64,000 nucleotides of DNA, from positions 640,001 to 704,000 of the forward strand of contig CAVYSW010000003.1 in assembly GCA_963771275.1 (NCBI GenBank), read 5' to 3'. The notes under the pieces were generated by a model that did no database searches, was not told the DNA's origin, and was given only the letters and a program-made list of their open reading frames with translations. Below, piece by piece: positions 9,049 through 17,582 of this stretch. Position 1 is the stretch's first letter, and each line of letters starts with the position of its first letter. This stretch comes from an uncultured Gemmatimonadales bacterium. GTDB taxonomy: Bacteria; Gemmatimonadota; Gemmatimonadetes; Gemmatimonadales; GWC2-71-9. Both the position numbers and the translations under genes were made by a program.

Positions 9049-9459
9049 TCATTCTTCGGGCACGCTTCTACCTCCAGACGTGCCGTTCCTTGGCTCCACC
9101 CGCCGGCGGTACTGGACTGGACTCATCCCCAGCAAGCGGTGGAACCAGCGTCGGCAGCTCCACTCGCTGCCGAAGCCCGCTTCCGTCACGATCTCCGCGA
9201 TCGCGTGCTCTTTCTCGCGCAGGAGGCGTGCGGCGTGCGCGACTCGGCGCCGGGCGAGCCACACGGAGAACGGCTCCCCAACCCGCTCCCCGAAGAAGCG
9301 CGAGAAGTACCGGGGCTCGAGATGCGCGAGCCCGGCGGCGGTCTCGAGCGGGATCTGTTCCGCAAGATGGGCGTCCACGTAGTCCCGCACCTTGTGGAGG
9401 CGGTCGTAGTAGTCGAAGGCGCGTTCGCCCTCGTGGACATAGTGCCGGGCGGAGTCCAT
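9049..9459 (-). CDS. Stand-alone AraC-family HTH regulator
   Basis: YVDAHLAEQIPLETAAGLAHLEPRYFSRFF...AGFGSE...GMSPVQYRR double HTH; GGAGA RBS. Confidence 0.88.
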   Translation of the reverse strand: MDSARHYVHEGERAFDYYDRLHKVRDYVDAHLAEQIPLETAAGLAHLEPRYFSRFFGERVGEPFSVWLARRRVAHAARLLREKEHAIAEIVTEAGFGSEWSCRRWFHRLLGMSPVQYRRRVEPRNGTSGGRSVPEE

Positions 9460-9734
9460 GCTCGGTCTCTCCTTGGCCCAGGGGGCTCACGGGGCCGGAA
9501 CCTACCCCGCAGACTGAAGATGCCGCGGACCGGGCCATGGTTACATCTGGCACGGTGGGTCCTGAGCGTTGTCTTGGCCGAGTAACGATGGGGACTCTCT
9601 CTCCTTGCGCGCACCACAGCATCCCCTTCGCGGCCGAGCGGTCTCCGCGCTCGCCCCGGCCAGAGGCGTGATCGAAACCTGTGGCCACGCTTCGTATCGG
9701 CCATCGGCTGTCGGCCTGTGGTGCGGCGCGGGGC

Positions 9735-11579
9735 TCAGGAGTTGCCCACCACCATGACCTCCACCCGCGACGGATACCGCGCCGTTCGATACACCCGGTG
9801 GGTCTGCGCCCGATACGCCTCTGGCGTGGCGAGGAAGATGTTGTCCACCCAGGTCTGCGGGTTCCGGTCGTAGAGCGGGAACCAGGTGCTCTGCACCTGC
9901 ACCATGATCCGGTGGCCCCGTTGGAAGCGGTAGAGCTGCTGGTGCAGGTCTACGGTGTACGATTCGACGGCGCCGGCCGGGATCCACTCGGGGCGCTCGA
10001 AGCTCTTCCGGTAGCGCCCTCGCAGCACGTCGCCGGCGACCATCAATTCGTAGCCGCCCATGGCCGGCCGGTCGGGCAGGCTGTCCGGGTAGACGTCGAT
10101 GAGCTTCACGACCCAATCGGCGTCGCTGCCGGTGGTCGAGGCAAACAGCCGGCCGGTGATGTCCCCGGCCACCGTGACCTCCTCGTCGAGCGGCGCGGTC
10201 TGCCAGGTCAATACGTCGGGCCGGTCGTCCACGAAGCGCTGGTCCTCGGTCATCCACGGCGCCCAGCGCGAGCCCGGACCGTAGGTCAGCTCGACCGGAC
10301 GCGGCCGGTACGGCACCGGATGGGCCGGATCCGACACGTACTGGTCGAAGCCCGCCGTATCGGTGGGCGGGTCGAACGCCAGCCGACCACCGGAAAGCAG
10401 GTACAGGTCGTGCCGCACGGCGTCCCGGGGCGGCCACGCGTCGAAGCTCCGCCAGCGGTTGTCGCCCGACTCGAACAGCTCAGCCTCCGCGAACTTCCCA
10501 TCGCCCTTTCCTTTAAGCCAATAGGCGAACCACGCCCCCTGGATGCGCGCGCGGAACTCGTCCGCCGTGTTGCTGTCGAACCGCACGTTCCCGAGCTGGT
10601 CGCCGCCGGCCTGCGCCCACTGCCCGTGGCTCCATGGACCCATCACGAAGTAATTGATCCCGGCGGTGTCGTGCCGCTCGAGCGCGGCATAGGTCGCCAT
10701 CGGGCCATACAGGTCCTCCTGGTCCCACCAGCCGCCCACCGTGAGCGTCGGGACGCGGACGCTCGTGAGGTACGTGGTGAGCGCCTGGCGCTGCCAGAAC
10801 GCGTCGTACGCCGGGTGCGCCACGAAGTTGCGCCACGTCGGGAAGCGCATCGCGCCCACCGCCTCGGCGAGGGCACCGAGCGTCGGGTAGGAGAGGTACC
10901 AGTCGAACGTATCGTACCGGGTGGTACGCGGGCCCGTGCTCTCGTCCGCCGTCTCTTCCATCATCCACGTGTACTCCAGCCCGTAGGCGAGCCGGAACGC
11001 GCCCTGATGGAAGAAGTCGTCGCCCATCCAGGTATCGGTCATCGGCGCCTGCGGCGAGATCGCCCTGAGCGCGGGATGCGGGTCGATGCCGGCCATCGCG
11101 GTGAGCCAGCCGGGATACGAGATCCCCACCACGCCGACCCGCCCGTTGTTGCGCGGCACGTGTTTGACCAGCCAGTCGATCGTGTCGTACGTGTCGGTGC
11201 TCTCGTCCACTCCCCTGGGGTCGGCCGGGTCGTGCGGCGGCCGGTTCATGACGAACTCACCTTCAGACCGGTAGCGGCCGCGGATGTCCTGGATCACGAA
11301 CACGTACCCGTCCGCAATCAGCTCCTTGAACGCGACCAGGAAGCGCGGCGTCCCCGCCCACCCCCGCGTGCCGTACGGCGTGCGGAGCATCAGAATGGGA
11401 AGCGGCTCGGTGGCGCCCTTGGGCGCGAGGATCACCGTGAAGAGCTGCGCGCCGTCGCGCATCGGGATCATCGCCTCCGTGACGTTGAACGCGGCGGACG
11501 GCGCCTGGGCGGCTCCGTAGCCCGGTGGCAGGCCAAGACCGAGGACGAGGAACAGCACGAGCGAAACCGAGCGGGACAT
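9735..11579 (-). CDS. CocE/NonD family hydrolase (alpha-amino acid ester hydrolase-like)
   Basis: Signal peptide, MRDGAQL, RTPYG, QDIRGRYRSEG, GISYPG nucleophile and GPWSHG. Confidence 0.93.
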   Translation of the reverse strand: MSRSVSLVLFLVLGLGLPPGYGAAQAPSAAFNVTEAMIPMRDGAQLFTVILAPKGATEPLPILMLRTPYGTRGWAGTPRFLVAFKELIADGYVFVIQDIRGRYRSEGEFVMNRPPHDPADPRGVDESTDTYDTIDWLVKHVPRNNGRVGVVGISYPGWLTAMAGIDPHPALRAISPQAPMTDTWMGDDFFHQGAFRLAYGLEYTWMMEETADESTGPRTTRYDTFDWYLSYPTLGALAEAVGAMRFPTWRNFVAHPAYDAFWQRQALTTYLTSVRVPTLTVGGWWDQEDLYGPMATYAALERHDTAGINYFVMGPWSHGQWAQAGGDQLGNVRFDSNTADEFRARIQGAWFAYWLKGKGDGKFAEAELFESGDNRWRSFDAWPPRDAVRHDLYLLSGGRLAFDPPTDTAGFDQYVSDPAHPVPYRPRPVELTYGPGSRWAPWMTEDQRFVDDRPDVLTWQTAPLDEEVTVAGDITGRLFASTTGSDADWVVKLIDVYPDSLPDRPAMGGYELMVAGDVLRGRYRKSFERPEWIPAGAVESYTVDLHQQLYRFQRGHRIMVQVQSTWFPLYDRNPQTWVDNIFLATPEAYRAQTHRVYRTARYPSRVEVMVVGNS

Positions 11580-11757
11580 GTCACGACTCCATGGCGCAGC
11601 GAGCGCACCTGATTCCACCGGAGCGCAGCCGGGGTATGCGGGAACGGTCGAGATTGGTTGGGCAAGGTACGGCGCCCGGGCCCGGGACGCCACGTGCCGC
11701 GGGCTCGGTGCCGGCGGGTATCTTTGGACGAGGAGAGGATGAGGCCCTCCACACCGC

Positions 11758-12615
11758 ATGAGACGTCGAACGCGCGTATTCCTGTATCTGGTGCTCGCCA
11801 TCGGCGCGCTGCTCGCGGCCGCGGGTGTCTGGCAGTGGCTCACGTGGCCAGACGTCGCCGCGTTGGCTGAGCACCCGCCCAAGACCACCGCGTTCATCGA
11901 GGCCTACAAGGCGCGCCAGCGTGCGGCCGGCAAGTCCACGGGCGTGTCCTGGCAATGGGTGCCGTGGTCGAGCATCTCGCCCCACTTGAAGCGCGCCGCG
12001 GTCTCGGGCGAGGACATGGAGTTCTTCTTCCACCGGGGCTTCTCGACCGCCGAGCTGAAGGCGGCGCTCAAAGCCGCCGTGGAGGAAGGGAAGCCGCTCC
12101 GCGGCGCGTCCACCATCACGCAGCAGCTCGCCAAGAACCTGTGGCTCTCGCCGTCCCGCAATCCGTGGCGCAAGGTCAAGGAGGCGCTGCTCACCCGCTC
12201 GCTGGAGCGGCACCTCACAAAGCGGCGGATTCTCGAGCTGTACCTCAACGTGGTCGAGTTCGGGCCGGGCGTGTACGGCGCCGAAGCCGCCGCGCGCACG
12301 TTCTTCGGCGAGCCGGCGAGCGCGCTCACGGACCATGAAGCCGCGATGTTGGCCGCGGGACTGCCGCGCCCGTCCACGTGGCATCCGGGCCGGACGACGA
12401 GCGGCTATCTCGCTTACGTATCCGAAATCGAACGTCGCATGGCCATGGCCACGTTCATCTGGCGCTACATCGGCGAGACCGCGCCCGTGCTCGACTCGCT
12501 GCGGGCGCTGGACTCGCTGCGGGTGGTGGACTCGCTGCGGGTGGTGGACTCGCTGCGGGTGCAGGATTCGCTGCGGGTGCAGGATTCGCTGGTGATTCAC
12601 GATTCGGTGATGTAG
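11758..12615 (+). CDS. mtgA: Monofunctional peptidoglycan transglycosylase
   Basis: TM anchor, GEDMEFFFHRG, RGASTITQQLAKNL, RKVKE and KRRILELYLNVVEFG GT51 motifs. Confidence 0.92.
   Translation: MRRRTRVFLYLVLAIGALLAAAGVWQWLTWPDVAALAEHPPKTTAFIEAYKARQRAAGKSTGVSWQWVPWSSISPHLKRAAVSGEDMEFFFHRGFSTAELKAALKAAVEEGKPLRGASTITQQLAKNLWLSPSRNPWRKVKEALLTRSLERHLTKRRILELYLNVVEFGPGVYGAEAAARTFFGEPASALTDHEAAMLAAGLPRPSTWHPGRTTSGYLAYVSEIERRMAMATFIWRYIGETAPVLDSLRALDSLRVVDSLRVVDSLRVQDSLRVQDSLVIHDSVM
12487..12612 (+). repeat. 18-bp coding tandem repeat (about 7 units, xxDSLR)
   Basis: gtggtggactcgctgcgg-like units encode VLDSLRALDSLRVVDSLRVVDSLRVQDSLRVQDSLVIHDSVM. Confidence 0.95.
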
Positions 12616-12685
12616 GAGGCCGCTGAAGCGGCCACTCGGCGCGTTCTATCGCCAAGGCGACGGCTGTTCCTAAGGAGGTTGTGTC

Positions 12686-13357
12686 ATGCGATACGTTCCG
12701 ACCGCACTCATGGCCATCCCGCTGTTGATCATTCCGATGAAAACCGCGCGCACACAAGCTGCCCCGATCGAGCTCCCGGCCCCGGTGACACGTGGGACCG
12801 TATCGGTCGAGGAAGCGCTGCAGGCCCGGCGCTCGGTGCGCGCCTACGCCGACACGCCACTCACGCTCGCGCAGCTCGGCCAGATCCTGTGGGCGGCGCA
12901 GGGCATCACCTCGGCCGACGGGCACCGCACGGCGCCCTCGGCGGGCGCCACCTATCCGTTGGAGCTCTACGTCGTGGTCGGGAACGTGACCGGCCTGCCG
13001 GCGGGCGTGTACAAGTACCGCCCGCAGGGACACGAGCTGGTACCGCATCTCGATGGAGACGTGCGCGCCACGCTCGCCCGGGCGGCCGTGCGCCAGGGCT
13101 GGGTCACTCAGGCGCCGGTCACGCTGGCGATCACCGCGGTGCCGGAGCGCACCCGCGCGCGCTACGCCGACCGCACCGATCGGTTCGTGGCGATCGAGGT
13201 GGGGCACGTCGGGCAGAACGTGTATCTCGAGGCGGTCGCGCTCGGCCTCGGCACCGTCATGGCGGGTGCGATCGTGGACGACAGCGTCGCGGCCGTGCTG
13301 AAGCTCGACCCAGCCGAGCGACCGCTCGCGGTGATGCCATTGGGGAAGGCGAAATAG
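12686..13357 (+). CDS. SagB/ThcOx-type nitroreductase family protein
   Basis: RRSVRAY, LWAAQG, RTAPSAGATYPLE and EVGHVGQNVYL; AAGGAGG RBS. Confidence 0.9.
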   Translation: MRYVPTALMAIPLLIIPMKTARTQAAPIELPAPVTRGTVSVEEALQARRSVRAYADTPLTLAQLGQILWAAQGITSADGHRTAPSAGATYPLELYVVVGNVTGLPAGVYKYRPQGHELVPHLDGDVRATLARAAVRQGWVTQAPVTLAITAVPERTRARYADRTDRFVAIEVGHVGQNVYLEAVALGLGTVMAGAIVDDSVAAVLKLDPAERPLAVMPLGKAK

Positions 13358-13395
13358 AGGGGGAGAGGGGGCAGAGGGGGAGAGGGGGAGAGAGA
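13358..13395 (+). repeat. Purine-rich (C)AGAGGGGG repeat with four G5 tracts
   Basis: GGGGG-AGA-GGGGG-CAGA-GGGGG-AGA-GGGGG fills the intergenic gap; the same unit forms the palindrome at 60002-60080. Confidence 0.85.
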
Positions 13396-13397
13396 AG

Positions 13398-14030
13398 ATG
13401 AAGAAGCTCGATCTCAAGAAGGAGCTGAAGCAGTTCTACGCGCCGCGCGCCAACAAGGTCGAGATCGTTGAGGTGCCGGCGTTCCAGTTCGCCATGATCG
13501 ATGGGCGCCTCGAGCCGGGGGTCGGTCCCGACTTGTCGCCTGCCTTCGAGGAGGCGATCGGAGCGCTGTACGGTGTCGCCTACACGCTCAAGTTCATGTC
13601 CAAGCTCCGGGAGAAGAGCGCGATTGACTATCCCGTGATGGCGCTGGAGGGGCTCTGGTGGGGCGACAAAGAGACCTTCGATCTGGCGCACGGGGAGCCC
13701 GCGAGCTGGACCTTGATGATCCTCCAGCCCGATCACGTTACCGCGGCGATGTTTCGCGCCGCCGTGGAGAAGGCCGCAGAGAAGCGGCCCAACTCGTCAC
13801 TCGCCAAGCTCCGGCTGGAGCGGTTCCGCGAGGGGCGGTGCGTGCAGGCGCTGCACGTCGGCCCGTACGCCGACGAGCCGCGGACCGTAGCGCTCATGGA
13901 GGCGTTCGCCACGGAGCAAGGCTACACCTTCCACGGCAAGCATCACGAGATCTACCTCAGCGATCCGCGGCGCTCGAAGCCGGAGAAGCTCAAGACGGTA
14001 CTCAGGCATCCGGTGACAGGGGCGGGATAG
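13398..14030 (+). CDS. GyrI-like small-molecule binding protein
   Basis: KLDLKKELKQFY, LEGLWW, HVGPYADE and HHEIYLSDPRR motifs. Confidence 0.88.
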   Translation: MKKLDLKKELKQFYAPRANKVEIVEVPAFQFAMIDGRLEPGVGPDLSPAFEEAIGALYGVAYTLKFMSKLREKSAIDYPVMALEGLWWGDKETFDLAHGEPASWTLMILQPDHVTAAMFRAAVEKAAEKRPNSSLAKLRLERFREGRCVQALHVGPYADEPRTVALMEAFATEQGYTFHGKHHEIYLSDPRRSKPEKLKTVLRHPVTGAG

Positions 14031-14180
14031 CGGACGCGGGGAAGGAGTCGTCGCGCAATCCCCGGTCGAACCCGGTGTGCTGGGAGTTGGTAGTGCGTCC
14101 ACCTGTCGCGGCCGCGCCAGATCTGCCGCCTCACCTCACCGAAACGCGGCAAGGGTCGACACCGACGTGCCTCGCCGGAC

Positions 14181-14756
14181 CTACCGCTCGCGGTGCGCTT
14201 GGAACCCGATGCGCGCACGCTCCGGCGACTCCGGGGGCTGCATGAGCCGCCGGATCGCATCGAACACGACCTGAAACCGGCGGTCGTACGCGCGTTCCAA
14301 CTCGTCGAGTCGAAGGGCGAGATCGGCATGGGTGGCCAGCAGGCTCCGAAGTTGCACGAACGCCCGTACGACCTGGATGCTCGCGTGCACCGCCACCGAA
14401 CTGCTCAGCACACTAGCCAACATCACCGCGCCATGCTCTGTGAAGGCCATCGGCGCGTACCGACGACCGCCGTGGCCCGTTCTTGAGGTCGCAATTTGCG
14501 ACCTCAAACCGCGGGCCTCATCTGCAGTCAGCCGAAAGGCGAAGTCATCCGGAAACCGCAGTCGGTTGCGCCGGACCTGCTCATTGAGACGCTTCGTCGA
14601 CACGCCATAGAGCGTGGCGAGGTCGGCGTCCAGCATCACACGCTGGCCGCGAACCACGTGGATGGCGCTTGCGATCTGCGCGATGGGCGGCGAAGCGAGG
14701 GAGCGAGCCGAGCGCACGGCGTCCGTAGCCGGCTGCCTGCGGGGTTTGAGCGGCAT
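14181..14756 (-). CDS. ORF6N domain (KilA-N-like) DNA-binding protein
   Basis: RGQRVMLDADLATLYGV, RFPDDFAFRLT, GGRRYAPMAFTEHGAVMLASVL, C-terminal RIGF. Confidence 0.92.
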   Translation of the reverse strand: MPLKPRRQPATDAVRSARSLASPPIAQIASAIHVVRGQRVMLDADLATLYGVSTKRLNEQVRRNRLRFPDDFAFRLTADEARGLRSQIATSRTGHGGRRYAPMAFTEHGAVMLASVLSSSVAVHASIQVVRAFVQLRSLLATHADLALRLDELERAYDRRFQVVFDAIRRLMQPPESPERARIGFQAHRER

Positions 14757-14973
14757 GTCCCGACTGTACGGCCGTGAGCGCAGCTCCCAGTAACCGTACA
14801 GACGCAGGGCGGTGCGATCACATGCACGGCGTCAATCCTAGCCGAGGCTCAGGGAGAGGGGCCGTGCACGATCCCCGTCGCCTCCAGGACCGCGAGGGGG
14901 AATGGCGCAGGAAAGTCCTACCATGACGAGAGTGCGCGAGCCGCTGCCTCACCGCCCCGGCCGATACTCCGTT

Positions 14974-15030
14974 GCCGACGAGCCGCGCACCGTCGCACGG
15001 ATGGAGGCGCACGCCGCGGAGCAGGGCTAC
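14974..15030 (+). pseudogene. 57-bp diverged duplicate of GyrI-gene segment 13869-13925
   Basis: Encodes ADEPRTVARMEAHAAEQGY versus ADEPRTVALMEAFATEQGY in the intact gene. Confidence 0.8.
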
Positions 15031-15373
15031 CGGCTCCGACGACTGGCGGGTGCACGCCGCACGCGGCCTGGCGCTCGCCGGCCTGGGACGGGGCCGGGAG
15101 GCGCAGCGCGAAGCGCGCTGGCTCCAGCAGTCCAGGACCTACCGTGAGGACGCCTTAGCTCAGGCATCCATCGGCGAGGACCGGGCGCGGATTCTGGCTG
15201 GGATTGGCGATACGGATGCGGCTCTCGCCGAGATCAAGCGGTTGCTGGCGGGACCCTCCTATAATCTCAGCGTCCACACGCTGCGCCTCGACCCGCGCTG
15301 GGACCCGATCCGCAGCGATCCGCGGTTCCAGGCGCTGCTGGTGAAGTACGCGAACGTGGACCCGGTGCGCTGA
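15031..15373 (+). pseudogene. C-terminal TPR remnant of a kinase/TolB-TPR-type signalling protein
   Basis: ARGLALAGLGR...DAALAEIKRLL...LRLDPRWDPIRSDPRFQALL tail; no start codon or N-terminal domains. Confidence 0.75.
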
Positions 15374-15679
15374 GCCCGCTGCGAGATCGAGAATCTCAGT
15401 GCGCCAGTAGTGTGCCAACTCAGGCAAACACGGCCAGGCTCGCGTGTCCCGTAACTACCCGGTTCGCAAGCCGTAGCAGTACACAGCCGAACGAAGCACA
15501 ACTCAGCCAGACTCGCGTTGCACAAGTGGGGGTCGATGGTCTCCTGCTTGGCTGCGGCCCGGCGCTGAGGGAATCCCGGTTCCGAGGCCGCGCCATAGGT
15601 CAGCGCGGAATCACGAGCGTTCGCCTTGCTGTTTCTGCCGCCTGATGTTCGGGTCAGTGAGGTGAGACCGGAGCGCCGT

Positions 15680-15750
15680 TGGACGCGACACCGACGCTGC
15701 GCTGACAGGCCGTTCCATGGATCCGACGCGACACCGACGCCGCGCTGAGG
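15680..15750 (+). promoter_or_regulatory. Direct hexamer repeats at 11-bp period upstream of a lipoprotein gene
   Basis: TGGACG/CCGACG/CTGACA at 15680, 15691, 15702 and CCGACG/CCGACG/CTGAGG at 15723, 15734, 15745. Confidence 0.6.
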
Positions 15751-15891
15751 GGGGCATTCTATCATCGGGCTATTGGTTCGGGGTGCCGCTTCACCCGGCC
15801 TGCCCGAAGGACGCCCTCCCAGCCAGGCGCCCCTCCCGACGACGGGACCGCGCCACCCAAGCGCAGGACTACTCGTGTGCGGAGGTGTGTC

Positions 15892-16395
15892 ATGCGGAAG
15901 ATCACATTCTTACTCGTCCCGTTGTTGCTGCTCGCGTGCGACCGGCAGCCGGTTGCGCCGGTTACGTCACCGGAGCTTGCCGCCGCCGACGTTGGATGGA
16001 CGGAAACGACCTTCAACGAAGACTACATCTACTACTGCCCGTGCCTCGGCGAGGACATGCGTTTCGTGGGCACGACCACAGTCAGAGAGCACGTCGTGAC
16101 GAAGCCTGATGGCACCGCGAGGAGCCACCACCTCTCTTGGTACGCCTCCGACTGGCAGATGATCGGGCAGGTTTCCGGCGATGTGTGGGAAACGGTCAAG
16201 GGCAATCACTGTGAAGGTGTCTGGGAGGTGCCTGCATACTCGGGATTCTTCAGCGACAACATGCGCTGGGTTTTCCGCAACGTGGCGACGGGTGTCGTGT
16301 TGGATTGGCCATTCAAGGCCCACTTCTCGTACAATGCCGCCGGTGAACTCAAGGTAGGCTTCATTGCCGAACCCTGCAGGTTCCGCCACGACTGA
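15892..16395 (+). CDS. Hypothetical lipoprotein
   Basis: GGAGGT RBS; MRKITFLLVPLLLLAC lipobox; beta-rich mature part. Confidence 0.8.
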   Translation: MRKITFLLVPLLLLACDRQPVAPVTSPELAAADVGWTETTFNEDYIYYCPCLGEDMRFVGTTTVREHVVTKPDGTARSHHLSWYASDWQMIGQVSGDVWETVKGNHCEGVWEVPAYSGFFSDNMRWVFRNVATGVVLDWPFKAHFSYNAAGELKVGFIAEPCRFRHD

Positions 16396-16479
16396 GCACG
16401 CTGGGCCAAGATTGTCAGGTCCACCGCCCGGCCCCGCGCCGGGCGGTGCTGTGTCAGACCCTCAGCGCCCCTAGTCTTC

Positions 16480-16600
16480 GGTCCCGACCGGTTCCTGTTC
16501 GAGATCGAGTTCGCCGCTAAGCTCACGCATCCCGCACATCCTCCCGGTCCACGACAGCGGCCGAACCGGCGGGCCGGCCGATGAGTCTGCGGAGTCATCG
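16480..16600 (+). pseudogene. Frameshifted fragment of a Ser/Thr kinase N-lobe
   Basis: Reads GPDRFLFEIEFAAKLTHP/(+1)HILPVHDSG, matching the RFLREI...L.HPHILP.HDSG pattern of subdomains III-IV. Confidence 0.65.
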
Positions 16601-16663
16601 CAACTCGTCGATGCACCGGCAGAGCCGAGTGGGGGATCAGCCGGAGCAGGCACGCGGATGACC

Positions 16664-17029
16664 TCATGACGCCGCGCGTCGCAGGAACACCACTTGGTTC
16701 TTCAGCGCATCCGAGGCAGGGCGGCTGGTCAGCAGCGCCGCGAGCGCACCGATAAGCCCGCCCATGTCGGATGGTGGAATGTGCCGGTCGTTGACCAGCA
16801 CCAGCCCCCAGTAGTCGCGACCAGCCGTCGTCGCGGCGCGGGCGAGGATCGCGAAGTCCCGAACGTTGTACGTCACCAGCGCCCGCCGTTCGTGGATGGC
16901 TCGGGCGAACTGGGCGGGGTCAGACACGCCCAGCGCATCGCGCTCCACCGCCGCAACGACGTCGTGCCCCTGCGCCCGCAGCCCCGATGCCACCTCAGGA
17001 CTGATCATCTCGTCGAGATAGAGCCTCAC
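16664..17029 (-). CDS. DUF5615 family PIN-like toxin
   Basis: RLYLDEMI, GHDVVA, SDPAQF and ALVTYNVRDF. Confidence 0.88.
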   Translation of the reverse strand: MRLYLDEMISPEVASGLRAQGHDVVAAVERDALGVSDPAQFARAIHERRALVTYNVRDFAILARAATTAGRDYWGLVLVNDRHIPPSDMGGLIGALAALLTSRPASDALKNQVVFLRRAAS

Positions 17030-17430
17030 GCGCCGAGCGCGTCGAGTTCCCGCTCCAGCTGATCGGCGGCCTGCGCGTTCTCCGCGATCCGCGCTTCGAT
17101 CTCACTGGGGTACGCATCCGCGTAGCGGCGCGCGGCGTCAAGCCGATCCGCCGTGAGCCAGGGATAGGCCGCGGCGAGCCGCTGCACGTCGAAGTCGAAC
17201 GCCCGGGCGATCAGCACTACCTCCCAGACGTCCGGACCGCCCACGAGAACCGCCCGGCGGCCTCCCGGCCCGTCCGCGAACCGGATCTGGGGATGCTCCT
17301 GCATGCGCAGCCACTCATCGATCACGCGCCGATACACATCGCTGCCGCTCCCAGCGGCGAGCGATGCGGCCCGCTCGGCCACCCGCTTGGCGACATCGTC
17401 CGGGATTCGGAAGGAGACAGTACGAGCCAC
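17026..17430 (-). CDS. Antitoxin, RHH-like N-terminus plus DUF433-like domain
   Basis: TVSFRIPDDV, HPQIRFADGPGGRRAVLVGGPDVWEVV and YPSEIEARI; 4-nt overlap with the PIN gene. Confidence 0.82.
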   Translation of the reverse strand: MARTVSFRIPDDVAKRVAERAASLAAGSGSDVYRRVIDEWLRMQEHPQIRFADGPGGRRAVLVGGPDVWEVVLIARAFDFDVQRLAAAYPWLTADRLDAARRYADAYPSEIEARIAENAQAADQLERELDALGA

Positions 17431-17452
17431 CGCTTTCCTCTCAGTTCGCCAC

Positions 17453-17478
17453 TATGCAAACATCGCATGCATTGCATA
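17453..17478. promoter_or_regulatory. Inverted repeat, probable TA operator
   Basis: TATGCAA-N12-TTGCATA in the AT-richer region just upstream of the antitoxin. Confidence 0.55.
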
Positions 17479-17582
17479 CATCGTCAATGGCACCTAGACC
17501 ACAAGCTGTCAACAAATTGTGGTAATGAGAGTTACGGCTGTCACAGCATCGCGCGCGCATGCTCTCGCCGCTGCCCGCCGCT

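Noticed and set aside
12487..12612. CRISPR array
   Set aside because: Contiguous in-frame 18-bp units with no spacers, and no cas genes in the window.
12686..13357. SagB/ThcOx protein as maturase of the Cys-rich peptides
   Set aside because: It lies outside the duplicated boundaries on the opposite strand with no YcaO partner; single-domain stand-alone members are common.
15399..15545. Possible att-site or tRNA remnant (GTGCGCCA/GTGTGCCA repeat, then ...gttgcacaagtgggggtcgatggt)
   Set aside because: No cloverleaf, no GTTCGA T-loop or CCA end, and no integrase nearby; the resemblance is too weak to call.
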